64,000 nucleotides of DNA from Ascoidea asiatica JCM 7603. Lineage: Eukaryota > Fungi > Ascomycota. The notes under the pieces are model-generated. The model had not been told where the DNA came from and ran no database searches. It saw nothing but the letters and a program-made list of their open reading frames with translations. Where the stretch lies: positions 390,913-454,912 of the forward strand of contig BCKQ01000009.1 in assembly GCA_001600695.1 (NCBI GenBank). The letters are read 5' to 3'. Shown here in pieces: positions 34,752 to 47,674 of the stretch (within the stretch, counting starts at the first letter, position 1; the number at the start of each line of letters is the position of its first letter). A program made the translations under genes and the position numbers.

Positions 34752-37700
34752 TTATTTTCCAACACCATAGTTACTTGAATCACTTTTTCTATGTCTAGTT
34801 TTAGATTTTCTTGAGGGATTTTTAACTGAATTATTTCTTCTATTTGAACTTGTTGGTGAAAATGGTGGAGAAAATTGTAAAATATCAGAATTATTAGAAT
34901 TTGTAGCCATTAAAGAATCATTATTACTAACTGTTCTTGATACACCTCCTCCAGTTCCTTGATTATTCATTGGTTGTGAGATATTACCAAATGAATTTTT
35001 AAAAATTAACCTTTTATTATCACTCGCAACTGTTTTAATATTATTAGCATTTCCTACAATATTAATACTACCCATACTAGTATTTGCATTTATTTTATCA
35101 TCAAAATTTGCATCTACTGAATAATTATCAAAAGATTCTTGACAATATCCCAGCTTTACTGGAGCTAAACTATAAGCTGATTTTCTACGATTTTCATATC
35201 CACTATTTTGAGATAATCTTTTATAATCTGAAACATTTGTTGAATTACCAATTGTATTGACTTTATTATTAATACTTCTTTTATCTTCATTGTCATAATT
35301 ATCTCCACTATATCTCTTATATTTTTGTAATTCTTTTAATTTTTCATATTTTTTATCAACTTCAGTTTTCTCAATTTTTAATATTTCAACTTGTTTTCTT
35401 AATTCTTTATTTTCTTCATTACTTTTACTTAATTCATTATTCATTTCAAAAACTATTTGATTTTGTCTTTTTTCATAATTTTTCATCCTATTAGAATTAT
35501 CATTAAACTCTTTTTTTAAAATTTCATTTTTAATTTTTTCTTCTGTAAATTTTTTTTCCATTTCTTCAGGGATTTGAACCCTCATTTCATGAGATTTATA
35601 CCATTTTTTATATATTTCTTTACGTGATCTATTGACTATATTTTCTTTACCCATTTCAGTTAATTCTTCTTCAAGAATTTTTATCTTATCATTTGAAATT
35701 TGATTTATTTCTAAAATTTCTTTTTCTAAAACTTTAATCTTATCTTCTTGATTCCTAAATTTTGAAATTTCTTCTTGTAAAATAGTATTCATATTACTAT
35801 AATCTTTTAATTTTAATAAATTTTCTTCATATTGATTTTTATATTCAGTTCCTTTTTTAAAATTTGCATCAGACTCCGATGATAATCTCTCAATTATATC
35901 TTCATTTTCTTTCTTATTTTTATTTAATAAATCAATTTTACTAACATATTTACTTTCATTTTGAATTAATAATGTTATTTTCTGAAGTAAATTTTCATTA
36001 GAATCTTTTAAAATTTTTATTTCTAAATCTTTATTTAATAATATTTTTTCACTCATTTTTTTTACTCTAAAATTATTATTCAAATTAATGAAATAATCAT
36101 ATTCAGATACTTTACTTCTTAAAATTTGTGTTTCTTTGAAATTAGAAGCTCTTAAATATGATTCAAAGTTTAATTCATTTTCTTTAATCAGTAATTGCTT
36201 TAAAAGAAATTCTTCTTTTAATCGATATTCATTAACTAAATTTTCTAAATTATTATTATTGATATTATTACTATTGATATTATTTGCAGTATTTACTAAA
36301 TCTGTATTAATTTCGCTTGAATTGTTAAGATTATTTGGGTTCGAACTACTAGAATCACTTGAATGTAGAGTTAAATTTGCTATATTTGAAATATCTGTTA
36401 ATTTATTTCCTGAATTAGTTAATGGATTAAAATTAGGAGAATTGATTCTTGAAGTTGGAGTAGAATTTTGAACGGAATTTGATAATGATGGAGGTACAGA
36501 AGTACTCATATTATTTCCAGGATCTAGATATAAAAATTCTTGAAAATGAATTAAGTTATTTAAAACATTTTGATTATCTTTTGAATAATTTATTGGATTA
36601 AGATCTAAAGAATAAGATGAATAATTCATTAATAAATCTTCAAGACTGTTGATTTTAAATTTTTTATATTTTCTTTCATTAATTGAATATTCTTCATTAT
36701 TTAAAGCTTTATCTTCATTATCAAACAGATGATTAGGATTATTTTTATTGCTGTTATTATTAGTATCATAATTTAAAGAAACAATATTTTTAAGCTCATT
36801 AGTTAAAGTATTCTTGATTAAAAGTGGGTTAAATGAATGATTTGAAAGTATTGAATTATTTTTTAAAATAAATGAATCTAAATCCAATTTATCCAGTTCC
36901 AAAGTAGTATTATGACTATGAATTAACTTCAAAATTACAAGATTCTTTAGGGTATCAGTATGTAGTAAATTGAAAAAATTGATATTATAGTGCAAAGATA
37001 AAAAGTTTATGGGATCTTTAATGAAACATAATAAAATATTAGGATAAATTGCATAAATTAAAGTAAATAATTTTGAAGTCGAATGATAAACTTTAGAAAT
37101 TTTGAAAGAATTAAAAAGATAATCATTTTCATATTTTCTATCTTCATTTTCATTTTCATTTTCATTATTGCTATTGTTATTATTTTCAAGATTCCAATTT
37201 AAATTTGTATTTTTAATTGATATTTTCAAATATTTTACTAAGTAAAAATCTAAATTTTGAATATTATAGTTAAAGTTTGAATCAGATGATAAATATAATA
37301 ATCTAAAATAAGATAATAATAATAAAGGTAAAATTTTATGAAAATAATCATTATTAATATATAAAAATGGAGAAGAAACAAATAATAAAGAGATTGAAGA
37401 ATTTATAATTGAAATATCATTATCTAATAAGATTGATAATAATAAATTTGAGAATAAGTTATTTTGAAAAGAATTTATTATAATTTTATTTTTTTCATAA
37501 AATTTTATTGAAAAACTCGACAATCTATTTTCATTATTGATATTGTTAGTATTATTATTATTATTCTTTTCATCATCATTTGATAAGGATTTTATAAAAA
37601 GATGAAAAATATTCAGTCTTTTGAATAAACTTTTTGTTAGGGTATTATTGTTATTATTATTATTGTATAGAATTGAATAATCCATTGAATTGAAAGATAG

Positions 37701-38378
37701 AAGATTGATTAATAGATTAGATAAATAAACTCTTAAATATTTATAATTTTTAAAAAAAAAATTAAAATTTAATAATAAAATATTTTGGTTGAATTGAAAT
37801 GAATAAAATAAAAGGTTTTTAATATTTAAATTAATAAATCTTTTATTTTCTAAATGATCTCTAGGTTTAAAATTGAAACTATTTAAAAAATTTTGTTTTG
37901 AATTATTATTTGTACCATTATTGGGAGATAAGATAATTTTTGAAGATTTTGAATTCCAATAATTATCTTTTAATAATATTTCAAATAATAGTTTACTTAT
38001 TTGATATAATAATTTATTATTATCATTATTTGAAGAAGAAGTAGAAGAAAAAGAAGGATGTATTGTTAAAATGTTTTTGAATAAATTTCTTGAAGGTAAT
38101 ACAATTTTTAATTTTAGATATGGAGAATTTAAAGCAATATTAATGAATTGATTTAACCAAAGTAAAAGTTCTGGATTAATTTTATCTACTGATAAACCTT
38201 TATTATCTTGATCAGTTATAATGAGTTCATCCAGATGATCTTGTAATGATTTTTCTTGATAAATTTGATCGTTTAGATCATTTTCGGTTTCATTTTCATT
38301 TTCATTTTCATTTTCATTTTCTTGTTTTACTTGTTTTTTTTCACTGATTTCATTATCTGGTTTATCTTGTTTGTTATA

Positions 38379-38433
<55 letters not shown>

Positions 38434-39170
38434 TTATCATCTTGATCATGGTTTTGATTTTCTTCAATTTCTTTAGTTTCAATAGAATTTTTCAAAATTT
38501 GATCTTGATTTTTATAATGAATATGAGAAAAATCATAATTAAAAAAAATAAAAGGAATAAATAAATTTAGTAATTTTAGAAAAAAAAGATGTCTTTGAAT
38601 TAATGAATCATCATTATCATTTTTATCATTATTATCATTTTTATCAATTTCATTTTCTTCAGAAATTTCATTATTGATATTAATTTTTGAATTATAAAAT
38701 TTGAATAATTCTGAATTTAATTTTTTTTTAATATGATTATCATCTTTTATTGATTTATCTGTTAAAAATTGTAAAAGTAATAATTTAATATATTTAGGTA
38801 AAACATTATTTGGTTTATCAATTGTTAAAATTTCATCTATACTATAGATATGATTTGAATAATCTCTATATTCATTATCAGATACTTCATGATTGGATAC
38901 TTCTTCTTCATGAAGGGGTTCACAATTGTTTTTATCATTGTTATTAGTGTCTAGGATATTTGAAATACTGGAAGGATTATAGGTAGAAGTATCAGAAGGA
39001 CCAGATATATCAGAAGGGGTAGATGAATCAGGGGGAGCAGCTAGCGCTGTTGATATTGAGGAAGAATGTGAAGTAGATTGGGAAGTAGATAAACCAGTTG
39101 AATCATAAGGTGGTAAATGAGACAAATATTCATCAAAAACAGCAAATAAATGATCGATCGATATTATCAT
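34752..39170 (-). CDS. TSC1: Hamartin (Tsc1)-like protein
   Basis: LFTLIYAIYPNILLCFIKDP (cf. LYGLYPxNF), LLIKENELNFESYLR (cf. LLLLxNxLxFERYLK), helical N-terminal region, long C-terminal coiled coil. Confidence 0.78.
38377..38431. repeat. (AAT)n microsatellite, poly-Asn in TSC1
   Basis: Pure TTA run on the + strand. Confidence 0.95.
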
Positions 39171-39856
39171 AATTGATGATGAATATGATTCGAATCAAAA
39201 ATGGCCATTAACCTGGATTGAGTAATATTTTAAAGGAGAGAGAGAATACAGTATATATTAGTCGAGAAGCAGCTTTATGAAATAGATACGCTTATGGATA
39301 TAAATTTCAGTTTCTTCTGTAGTCGAGATCTATTACTGCTGAAATAATAATTTTTCAGGGATATTTCAGCTTAGATTTTGCTAGCTTGTTTTACACCTTT
39401 TTTATTTTTTTTTTTTTTTTATTTTTATTTTTATTTTTTTTACTTACACTTGATAATATTTTTATTTTAATTTAACTGGCTTCCTCTTTGTTTCACTCTG
39501 TCGGCGTTACTGAACTGCAGGGGATAGATTATTGTTTAGTTACTGTAACATTAAGGTGAGTTGTTAACGATATGTGAATCTGTATTTCATGTTTGGAGGT
39601 TTGCGTTTTCAGGTTACTTCCAGTCAAAACATCAGTTTCATCCTTGGGGTTTTGGCGCTGTGATAGCACTATTTTAGTTTTTACAAGCTTGATTTTGGTA
39701 GTTGGATTTTACAACGCTGACGTAATACATCCGTCAGCCACTTCCACAATAACGTTACAGTTACAAAGGCGTTACTAGCTGAAGTCATATTTAGTTTATT
39801 TATTTATTCATTAATTCATTATTCTATTTATTTATTTGTTTATTATCTATTATCTA

Positions 39857-40864
39857 TCATCTAGTTGGATATGGTAAGATTCTATGAATTCTCTGAGTGA
39901 TTTCTAAATAATCAGGTTCATTTTCTGGAGTGATGAAACCTTTTCTAATTAAAAAATCAATAATAACAATTGCACAATTTGGTTTAAATTGTTTAGCTTT
40001 TAAATTTTCAAAAACTTCATTTAAATTCATTAATTTAAAACTTTCAACTTCATTATCATTTGGTTTTGGAATATTAATTAAATCATTTTCATTAAATTTT
40101 AAGTCATAAATATATTCAACTTCAGGTTGAATATTTGAAATTTTTTCAAAATTATCAAAATTTTTATAAATATATGATAAAACTCCAGTTGATTTAATAT
40201 TTTTTTCAACAAAATCTTGAGATAAACTACCTTCTTCTTCACATTCTTTGATCAAAGTTTCATATATTCCATATGGATATCCTAAACCACCAGCTACTGT
40301 ATTATCTAACATTGAAGGATATGTTTGTTTATTTTTAGATCTTTTTGAAATCCATAATTTAATTTCATTATTTTTTGATAATTCTTTTGGTACATATCCA
40401 TTTATATGAACACCATATGTAATTACACCAAAATATACACTAAATGATCTTTCAATTAAAAAATATGGAGTTTTTGTAGGATAATTAATTAAATAATTTT
40501 CATTTCTCCATTTTTTTTTTAAATTTTTAAAAATTTCATTATTTAAATCTCTTGAATATTTTGATAATTCTTTAAACATTAAATTTCTTTTTTCAAATGA
40601 ATTGAATTTTTCATTAATTTGACATAATTTTTTTTCATCATTAATGATTAAATAATTTTTTTCAGGTTCATAAATTAATGGAATTTGTTTTAATTGATTT
40701 ATAACTTCATTTGTAATATGTCCAATAACTTGTTTTGAATCATGAGTTAAAAATTTATAAGTTTCATTTAAAAATTGTGAATAATTTGATTCTTGATAAG
40801 AATATGGAACTATATCAACCTCATTAACCAAATCAATTAGTTTCACATTACTCTCTTTAATCAT
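39857..40864 (-). CDS. Nudix hydrolase, YJR142W-like
   Basis: FGVITYGVHINGY, KQTYPSMLDNTVAGG, KECEEEGSL Nudix box, QPEVEYIYDL, FKPNCAIVIIDFLIR. Confidence 0.92.
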   Translation of the reverse strand: MIKESNVKLIDLVNEVDIVPYSYQESNYSQFLNETYKFLTHDSKQVIGHITNEVINQLKQIPLIYEPEKNYLIINDEKKLCQINEKFNSFEKRNLMFKELSKYSRDLNNEIFKNLKKKWRNENYLINYPTKTPYFLIERSFSVYFGVITYGVHINGYVPKELSKNNEIKLWISKRSKNKQTYPSMLDNTVAGGLGYPYGIYETLIKECEEEGSLSQDFVEKNIKSTGVLSYIYKNFDNFEKISNIQPEVEYIYDLKFNENDLINIPKPNDNEVESFKLMNLNEVFENLKAKQFKPNCAIVIIDFLIRKGFITPENEPDYLEITQRIHRILPYPTR

Positions 40865-41368
40865 TTTATTCCAGTTTTTGTTTTTATTCTCAATTTATAT
40901 ATTGGTAAATAAGAATTTGAACCTAATATTATCTAAAGTACTTTGATTCTGCTTGATTTAAATCTAAAGTTCATGAAAATCTATCGTAAAGCACTGGTAT
41001 TTTTCTTAATTATAGGACAGTAGTGCTATTTATTAGGACTCTTATAGTGTATATTTAGGACATTTTCTAAATTAATATATGGTCACATGATAGTATAAAA
41101 ATTTCCATATTTTTCCGTTGGGGTGTATCCGAAGTGCGGATATCACTCCAATTCCTGGATTTATTTACTAGGGTACTGTATTGTTTACAAAGGAACTGCT
41201 TTGTTTTTTGCCGTTCTTTGGTCTTTAACGTTATTTCACTGCAAAACTTATTTCTTAAATTATTTAATTTATTGATGAGATTGAATCTTTTGAAAAGCAA
41301 AAAAAACATACACAAAAAGTTTTCAAATATAATTGTATTCATTCAATTGTTGAGAAGTTTGTGTGCAG

Positions 41369-44300
41369 ATGAACAAACAAGAATATAGGAATCAAGATGA
41401 AAGAGATGAGGAATCATCAAGTTCTATTTCTTTGAGAAAAAAAAGAGGAAGACCAAGAAGATCTTCTTTAATCCCAGATGATTCTTCCTCCAATTCCAAT
41501 TCTAATAATACTTCAGCAACAGTCTTAGAAAATAAAAGATTTTTAAGAAAAAGGAGGCGCATAACCGAAGAAGAAGATGATGATGAAAATACTATTAATA
41601 ATAATGATGATGATAATGATATTGATTATAATAATAATAATAAAAATGAACAAAATTCAATTAAGAAATATTCAAGAATAAAAAAAATTAATCTTAAATT
41701 AAATCCACCAAAAATTGAACCTTTAAATCCATCTCAAATAATTCATCCTGTTTATAATAATTTTAATGATTATTTAAATTCTTTTAAATTCTTAGATAAT
41801 GAAGTTTCAATAAATGAATTTAATAATGAAATTTCATCAAAATCAATATTATTAAAAAAAATAAAATTTGCTTTAACAAATAATATTTTAACTTTAAATG
41901 AAAAAAATAATAATGAATTAATAAAAATTCCAAAATTAAAACCATTTCAAGATCCAATTAAATTTTCTCAATTAAATCATTATGATCATTTATTAGCTCA
42001 TGGTATAAAATTATCAAAAATTTTTCAAAATGAAAGAAAAAGAAAAATTTTAGGTAATAAAAAAATTTCTCAAATGATTCAAGTTCATTTTAATAGATTA
42101 AAAAATTATAAAAAAAATGAAAAAAAATTAATTTTAAAAAAAAAACAAGATCATGCAAAATTAATTATGAGATTAATTAAATCTCAATGGAAAAAAGCTG
42201 AAAAAGCATATAAAATAATTTTAGAATCAAGAAAAAAAAAAGATCAAATTAAAAAAAGTGATTTTAATATGCAAAAAATTGTTATGGAATCTCAATTAAG
42301 AACAGTAGAACATGTAATGAAATTAAATTTAGAAAATAATAAATCAAATGAACAAAGCTCCGAATCTGATTCTGATTCAAACACAAACTCCGATTCAGAT
42401 TCAGATTCAGATCTAGATTCGGATTCCAAAAGTAATTCGAGCCAAAATTTGAATAATAAAATAACCAATAGTTCTAAAGTTGATTCATATCTCGGGTCAG
42501 ATTTAGAATCATCCTCAAGTTCGGACTTGGATTCTCATTCCGATTCTAATACCTATTCAAATAAAGGTCATATAAATAAAAATATTAATGGTACATCTAT
42601 TAAAAACAAAGAAAAAATTGAAAATTTATACTCAAAGGAAGAAAAAATATTAATAGAGGAAATTGAAAATGATTCTAAAATTTCCATTTTAGATAGTGAT
42701 GAATCTCAAACATCCGATGAATCTGAATCTGATTTAGATTCTGAGAATTCATTTGAACCATCTTCAAGTGGCTCTGATTCTTCGGATGAAAAAGTTAAAG
42801 GTTTAGCATCTTTGTATAATGATGATTCTATTCAAACTTCGAGAGTTGATTTCAAAAATAGCAAAAACCTATATTCGTCAGAGGAACAAAAGATTATAAA
42901 CCAAGCTATGGATTCAGAGTTTGATCCGATATTAGATAGTGATGATGATATTGATGAGGAATCCTCATCTGAATCCGAACTAGGTTCTTCTTCTAATAAT
43001 GAATATAGTGATGATAACGAAATTATGATAGAAAGTGAATTACCTCCAAATGGTTTAGCTTCTTTATATGAAGATTCTAATGACCGAGAAAATGATGAAG
43101 AATTTATCATCAAAAGTAAAAAATTTGATAAAACAAATGATAATCAATCCGTCCACACAAATTCTCAAAAAGATACTGAAAAAGTTACTGATAGTTCAGC
43201 TAATGACTCCATAAAAAAGGTTAGTGACCCAACGCTGGCCCAAAATAAAATTCTTAATAAAGAAAAGTATGACACTAAAATGGTAGAAGATCAGAAAAAA
43301 GGGACTACTACTTCTTTACTGACTAACAACAATAATATAAAAGGTAAAATTGCAGAGAAAGTTGATTTTCAAGAAACAAGTATAGTTAAAGATTCCTTTG
43401 ATGAAATGCAAAATGAAGAAAATTCCAAAAATAAAGAAGAACTTAAAGAAGAACTTAAAGAAGAATCTAAAGAAAAATCTAAAGAAGAATTTAAAGAACA
43501 TAAAGAAGAGATTAGAGAAGAAAATAACCGGTCATCTATACCAGATGTTCCTACACCTAGTTTATTAAGAGGTACCTTACGAATTTATCAAAAGCAGGGT
43601 CTTAATTGGCTCGCAAGTTTATATAATACAAATACAAATGGAATTTTGGCAGATGAAATGGGATTGGGCAAGACAATTCAAACAATTTCATTAATTTGTT
43701 ATTTGGCTTGTGAAAAACATAATTGGGGTCCTCATTTAATTATTGTTCCAACTTCAGTCATGCTAAATTGGGAAATGGAGTTCAAAAGATTTGCCCCAGG
43801 ATTCAAAGTTCTTACATATTATGGAAATCCACAACAACGAAAAGATAAAAGAAAAGGATGGAATAAACCTAATGCTTTTCATGTTTGTATTACTTCTTAT
43901 CAGTTGGTTTTACATGATCATCAGTCTTTTAGAAGAAAAAAATGGGTTTACATGATACTAGATGAAGCTCATAATATTAAAAATTTCAAGAGTCAACGAT
44001 GGACATCCTTATTGAATTTTAATACAGAACATCGACTATTATTAACTGGTACGCCATTGCAAAATAATATAGGAGAATTATGGTCCTTATTGTACTTTTT
44101 AATGCCTTCTTCTAAAGGAAATTTAAATATGCCTGATGGATTCGCCAATCTTCAAGACTTTCAGCAATGGTTTGGAAGACCTGTTGACAAAATGATAGAA
44201 TCAAATAATTCTCAAACCAAAGAAATTGTTAACAGATTACATCAAGTATTAAGACCTTACTTATTGAGAAGACTTAAAATTGATGTGGAAAAGCAAATGC

Positions 44301-46096
44301 CTGCAAAATATGAGCATATTATTTACTGTAGACTTTCTAAAAGACAGCGGTTTTTATATGATGATTTTATGAGTAGGGCTAAAACAAAGGAGACTTTATC
44401 TTCTGGTAATTTTCTTTCTATTATAAATTGTTTGATGCAACTCAGAAAAGTTTGTAATCATCCAGATTTATTTGAAGTTAGGCGAGTTGCAACACCGTTC
44501 GCTTTAGAAGAATCAGTATCTGCTGATTTTGAGATTAAAGATCTAATTGTGAGAAAAAATTTAATTAAAATTATTGACGATACCAAAGTTGGTCTATCAT
44601 TTTTGAATTTAATCCCTTCTGAAAATGAAGAAATGAGTTTGAATGTTTGTAAAAGCATTTCAAGATTGAATGGTAATAAGTTTTTGAAGGAAGAAATTTC
44701 TAAATTGAGTGATCTGATACTAAAGCCTGTTGAGCCAAACTATGAAGATATTCATAAATATTATGAGTTTGTTAAGTATATGGAAGATAAAAGTGAAGTG
44801 GATCATATGAATCATATTGCTTATATTAATCAACTAAGATGTAATAAAAGGCCCATTTATGGTGAAAACTTAATTTCATTATTAAAAACCAAGAAACTTA
44901 AAAATTATGAGAAAATAAGTAAGGAATTTCTTGAACCAGAAAGCTACAAAGAAATTTGTAAGCCAGTAATTAAAAAGCTTGATTTAATGAATGATATTAT
45001 TGATAGGTTTTGTTTTGTAATGCCTTCTGCGGTTGCCTTAGATATGCCATCTCGAGTGATACCTGAAGAAACTCAAAAACTTATTGAATATTCCGGCATA
45101 GAAAATCCTTGTCACTTGATTCAAACTAGATTATCTATAGGTTTCCCGGATAAAAGTTTATTGCAATACGATTGTGGGAAATTACAAAAATTATCAATTC
45201 TTTTACAAGAACTAAAGGAAGGAGGTCATAGAGTTTTAATCTTCACACAAATGACGAAAGTATTGGACATTCTTGAACAATTTTTAAATAATCTTGGATT
45301 TTTGTATATGCGATTAGATGGGGCAACTAAAATTGAAGATAGGCAAATTTTAACAGAACGATTTAATAATGATAATAAAATCACTGCATTTATTTTATCT
45401 ACAAGATCAGGAGGATTGGGAATCAATTTAACAGGTGCAGATACAGTTATATTTTATGATTCCGACTGGAATCCTGCAATGGATAAACAATGTCAAGATA
45501 GATGTCATCGAATTGGACAAACAAGAGATGTTCATATTTATAGATTAGTAAGTGAGTTTACTATTGAAGAAAACATTATAAAAAAATCTACATTCAAGCA
45601 AAAGTTGGATAATGTTGTAATTCAAGAAGGTGATTTTACAACGGATTATTTTAGTAGATTATCTATTTCTGATTTAATTGGGGAAAATAAAGATGATGAT
45701 AAAGAAAAAGTTCAAGAAATGAAAATGAAAGATGATGATATTGGAATTAAAAACCTTGATCAAAAAAAGTTAATAGCATCATTAGCAATAGCAGAAGATG
45801 CGGAAGATGCTAATGCAGCTAAAGAAGCTATAAAAGAAAATGAAGTTGATGAACAAGATTTCGACGAGGCTGCTACAAGATCAAGCACTCCAATGAGATC
45901 ATTATCACCTTCCTCACCTGCTGAGGAACTGGCCGAAATAGAAAATATACCATCTATAGAAGAAGTTGTGACTAAAGCCGATATTGAAGTGAAATCTGAT
46001 GATGAATTTGAATATGAATTTATAAGTGACGAAGGTGTTGGACATATTGATAATTATATGCTCCGATTTATTGAAAATGGATATTATTTTGACTAA
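41369..46096 (+). CDS. SWR1: Swr1 SNF2-family ATPase (H2A.Z deposition)
   Basis: GILADEMGLGKT, LDEAHNIKNF, split helicase domain, LQYDCGKLQ, DWNPAMDKQCQDRCHRIGQTR, basic HSA-like region, C-terminal GHIDNYM. First ATG at 41369. Confidence 0.97.
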   Translation: MNKQEYRNQDERDEESSSSISLRKKRGRPRRSSLIPDDSSSNSNSNNTSATVLENKRFLRKRRRITEEEDDDENTINNNDDDNDIDYNNNNKNEQNSIKKYSRIKKINLKLNPPKIEPLNPSQIIHPVYNNFNDYLNSFKFLDNEVSINEFNNEISSKSILLKKIKFALTNNILTLNEKNNNELIKIPKLKPFQDPIKFSQLNHYDHLLAHGIKLSKIFQNERKRKILGNKKISQMIQVHFNRLKNYKKNEKKLILKKKQDHAKLIMRLIKSQWKKAEKAYKIILESRKKKDQIKKSDFNMQKIVMESQLRTVEHVMKLNLENNKSNEQSSESDSDSNTNSDSDSDSDLDSDSKSNSSQNLNNKITNSSKVDSYLGSDLESSSSSDLDSHSDSNTYSNKGHINKNINGTSIKNKEKIENLYSKEEKILIEEIENDSKISILDSDESQTSDESESDLDSENSFEPSSSGSDSSDEKVKGLASLYNDDSIQTSRVDFKNSKNLYSSEEQKIINQAMDSEFDPILDSDDDIDEESSSESELGSSSNNEYSDDNEIMIESELPPNGLASLYEDSNDRENDEEFIIKSKKFDKTNDNQSVHTNSQKDTEKVTDSSANDSIKKVSDPTLAQNKILNKEKYDTKMVEDQKKGTTTSLLTNNNNIKGKIAEKVDFQETSIVKDSFDEMQNEENSKNKEELKEELKEESKEKSKEEFKEHKEEIREENNRSSIPDVPTPSLLRGTLRIYQKQGLNWLASLYNTNTNGILADEMGLGKTIQTISLICYLACEKHNWGPHLIIVPTSVMLNWEMEFKRFAPGFKVLTYYGNPQQRKDKRKGWNKPNAFHVCITSYQLVLHDHQSFRRKKWVYMILDEAHNIKNFKSQRWTSLLNFNTEHRLLLTGTPLQNNIGELWSLLYFLMPSSKGNLNMPDGFANLQDFQQWFGRPVDKMIESNNSQTKEIVNRLHQVLRPYLLRRLKIDVEKQMPAKYEHIIYCRLSKRQRFLYDDFMSRAKTKETLSSGNFLSIINCLMQLRKVCNHPDLFEVRRVATPFALEESVSADFEIKDLIVRKNLIKIIDDTKVGLSFLNLIPSENEEMSLNVCKSISRLNGNKFLKEEISKLSDLILKPVEPNYEDIHKYYEFVKYMEDKSEVDHMNHIAYINQLRCNKRPIYGENLISLLKTKKLKNYEKISKEFLEPESYKEICKPVIKKLDLMNDIIDRFCFVMPSAVALDMPSRVIPEETQKLIEYSGIENPCHLIQTRLSIGFPDKSLLQYDCGKLQKLSILLQELKEGGHRVLIFTQMTKVLDILEQFLNNLGFLYMRLDGATKIEDRQILTERFNNDNKITAFILSTRSGGLGINLTGADTVIFYDSDWNPAMDKQCQDRCHRIGQTRDVHIYRLVSEFTIEENIIKKSTFKQKLDNVVIQEGDFTTDYFSRLSISDLIGENKDDDKEKVQEMKMKDDDIGIKNLDQKKLIASLAIAEDAEDANAAKEAIKENEVDEQDFDEAATRSSTPMRSLSPSSPAEELAEIENIPSIEEVVTKADIEVKSDDEFEYEFISDEGVGHIDNYMLRFIENGYYFD
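43433..43510. repeat. 12-bp imperfect repeat encoding (KEEx)n in SWR1
   Basis: aaagaagaactt repeated with variants. Confidence 0.85.
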
Positions 46097-46239
46097 AGAT
46101 GTAATAATTTAGTTTCAGTTTTGCTGAGATTTTAATGCTCAGGACAATAATATTATGTAAACTATTGTAATATATATATACGACTATATTGTCAATTGAT
46201 TAATAAATAATATTAATCATTATTTGTATTTATTAAAAC

Positions 46240-46782
46240 TTATTGAGGTTTTGAGTAGTTTAAAGTACCACAACTTTTACAAGTTCTTTTATTCAAATCA
46301 CTATCAAATTCCATAATACCTGCTTTTATTTGAGTACCTAAATCATAACAATAAAATTCTTTATTATAAACGATTTTTTTACAAGAAGGATTTGAACAAT
46401 ACCATCTAATTTGATCATTAACTCCCTTTGGTCTATCTTGTTCCAATACAATACCAATTGTATTTTCAAATCTCACAGGATTATGAGGAACATTTGATGG
46501 TAATAAAAATGAATCACCTTCTTCTATTATAATATCTTTAAATTGATCAGTAATATTTTTACTATTTTCATCAGTATCTACTACTTTCAAACACATTGAA
46601 CCTTTATACATATAAAACCATTCAGGAGTTTGATTTACATGATAATCAGTTCTTTCATTTGGACCTCCAACTATCATGACAGTGAACCCACCTCTGTGAA
46701 GACAATAATTATTAACTGGAGGTTGTAATAGATTTTCATTTTCTTTAACCCATTTATTAATATTTATTGGTTGAGGAAGCAT
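46240..46782 (-). CDS. BNA1: 3-hydroxyanthranilate 3,4-dioxygenase
   Basis: [31 protein letters not shown]-terminal Cys pairs. Confidence 0.98.
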   Translation of the reverse strand: MLPQPININKWVKENENLLQPPVNNYCLHRGGFTVMIVGGPNERTDYHVNQTPEWFYMYKGSMCLKVVDTDENSKNITDQFKDIIIEEGDSFLLPSNVPHNPVRFENTIGIVLEQDRPKGVNDQIRWYCSNPSCKKIVYNKEFYCYDLGTQIKAGIMEFDSDLNKRTCKSCGTLNYSKPQ

Positions 46783-47134
46783 TTTAGGTGATTATACAAT
46801 ACCAGTATATTAATTTTGAAATCTTTAGTGATGCAAAATTATAGCAGAATTCAATAATTTTAGTAAATTTAATTTTAATGATTATTTGTTAATGAAGAAA
46901 ATAGAAGTTCAGATTAAAAATATTATTAGTAACAATATTATTATAATTATTTATAATTCAAGTAATTTGTTGAATTTTTATTGCTCTATTTCCGAAAAAA
47001 TTAGAAATCAGTCGATTTCATATTTCGATAACCATATAACTGGTTTCAAATCCTTTTTTGTAAATATTTCTTTTTAAACCCGATCTTTTTTTTGAAAATC
47101 CTTAATTACGCACCCCGATTTTCAGGTCACCTGG

Positions 47135-47142
47135 TTACCCGG
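47135..47142. promoter_or_regulatory. Reb1-type site TTACCCGG upstream of BNA1
   Basis: Exact consensus match in a small GC-rich island. Confidence 0.5.
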
Positions 47143-47674
47143 ACACTTTCGATTTTTGTTATTGTTTTTTTGTTTTACTAAATCCCACCTCTTTACCTAA
47201 ACTTTAAATTGTTAACTAAATGAGCCACCAAATATTTGTTTCAGGTAATATTCTAAAAGTAAACCGGGGGTTCTAAGTAAATAATTTAGTCGGAATGTAT
47301 GTTTTGTTAAGAAAATCACAATTTCTTTTCAAGTTATTATAGAAGCCTTAGTTTTACAATGATATATTTTAGATAGTTCATTATTAATTAAATTATTGAG
47401 AAAATGTGGAGATACCAAAATAACGTTGAATCACAAAAAAAACAATTAAATTAAACAATCAAAAGATAGTTTTATCTCTTGATTTCAATGAGTATAAATT
47501 AGACTGAAAAGAAGCTCTATAATGTTATATGTTTTATCATATTTTGAATTTAAGTTTATATTTATAATTGTATTATATAGTATTGTATTGTAATATTTTA
47601 TTATATTATATTATTGATTGTATATTGATAGTAAGTCATTGATAGTAAATTATCAATAGATTTTATTAAATTAT

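Noticed and set aside
32759-46782. NAD/ADP-ribose metabolic cluster (ARH, Nudix, BNA1)
   Set aside because: The Nudix is the conserved YJR142W type rather than the Ysa1 ADP-ribose pyrophosphatase, and the genes are separated by the unrelated TSC1 and SWR1.
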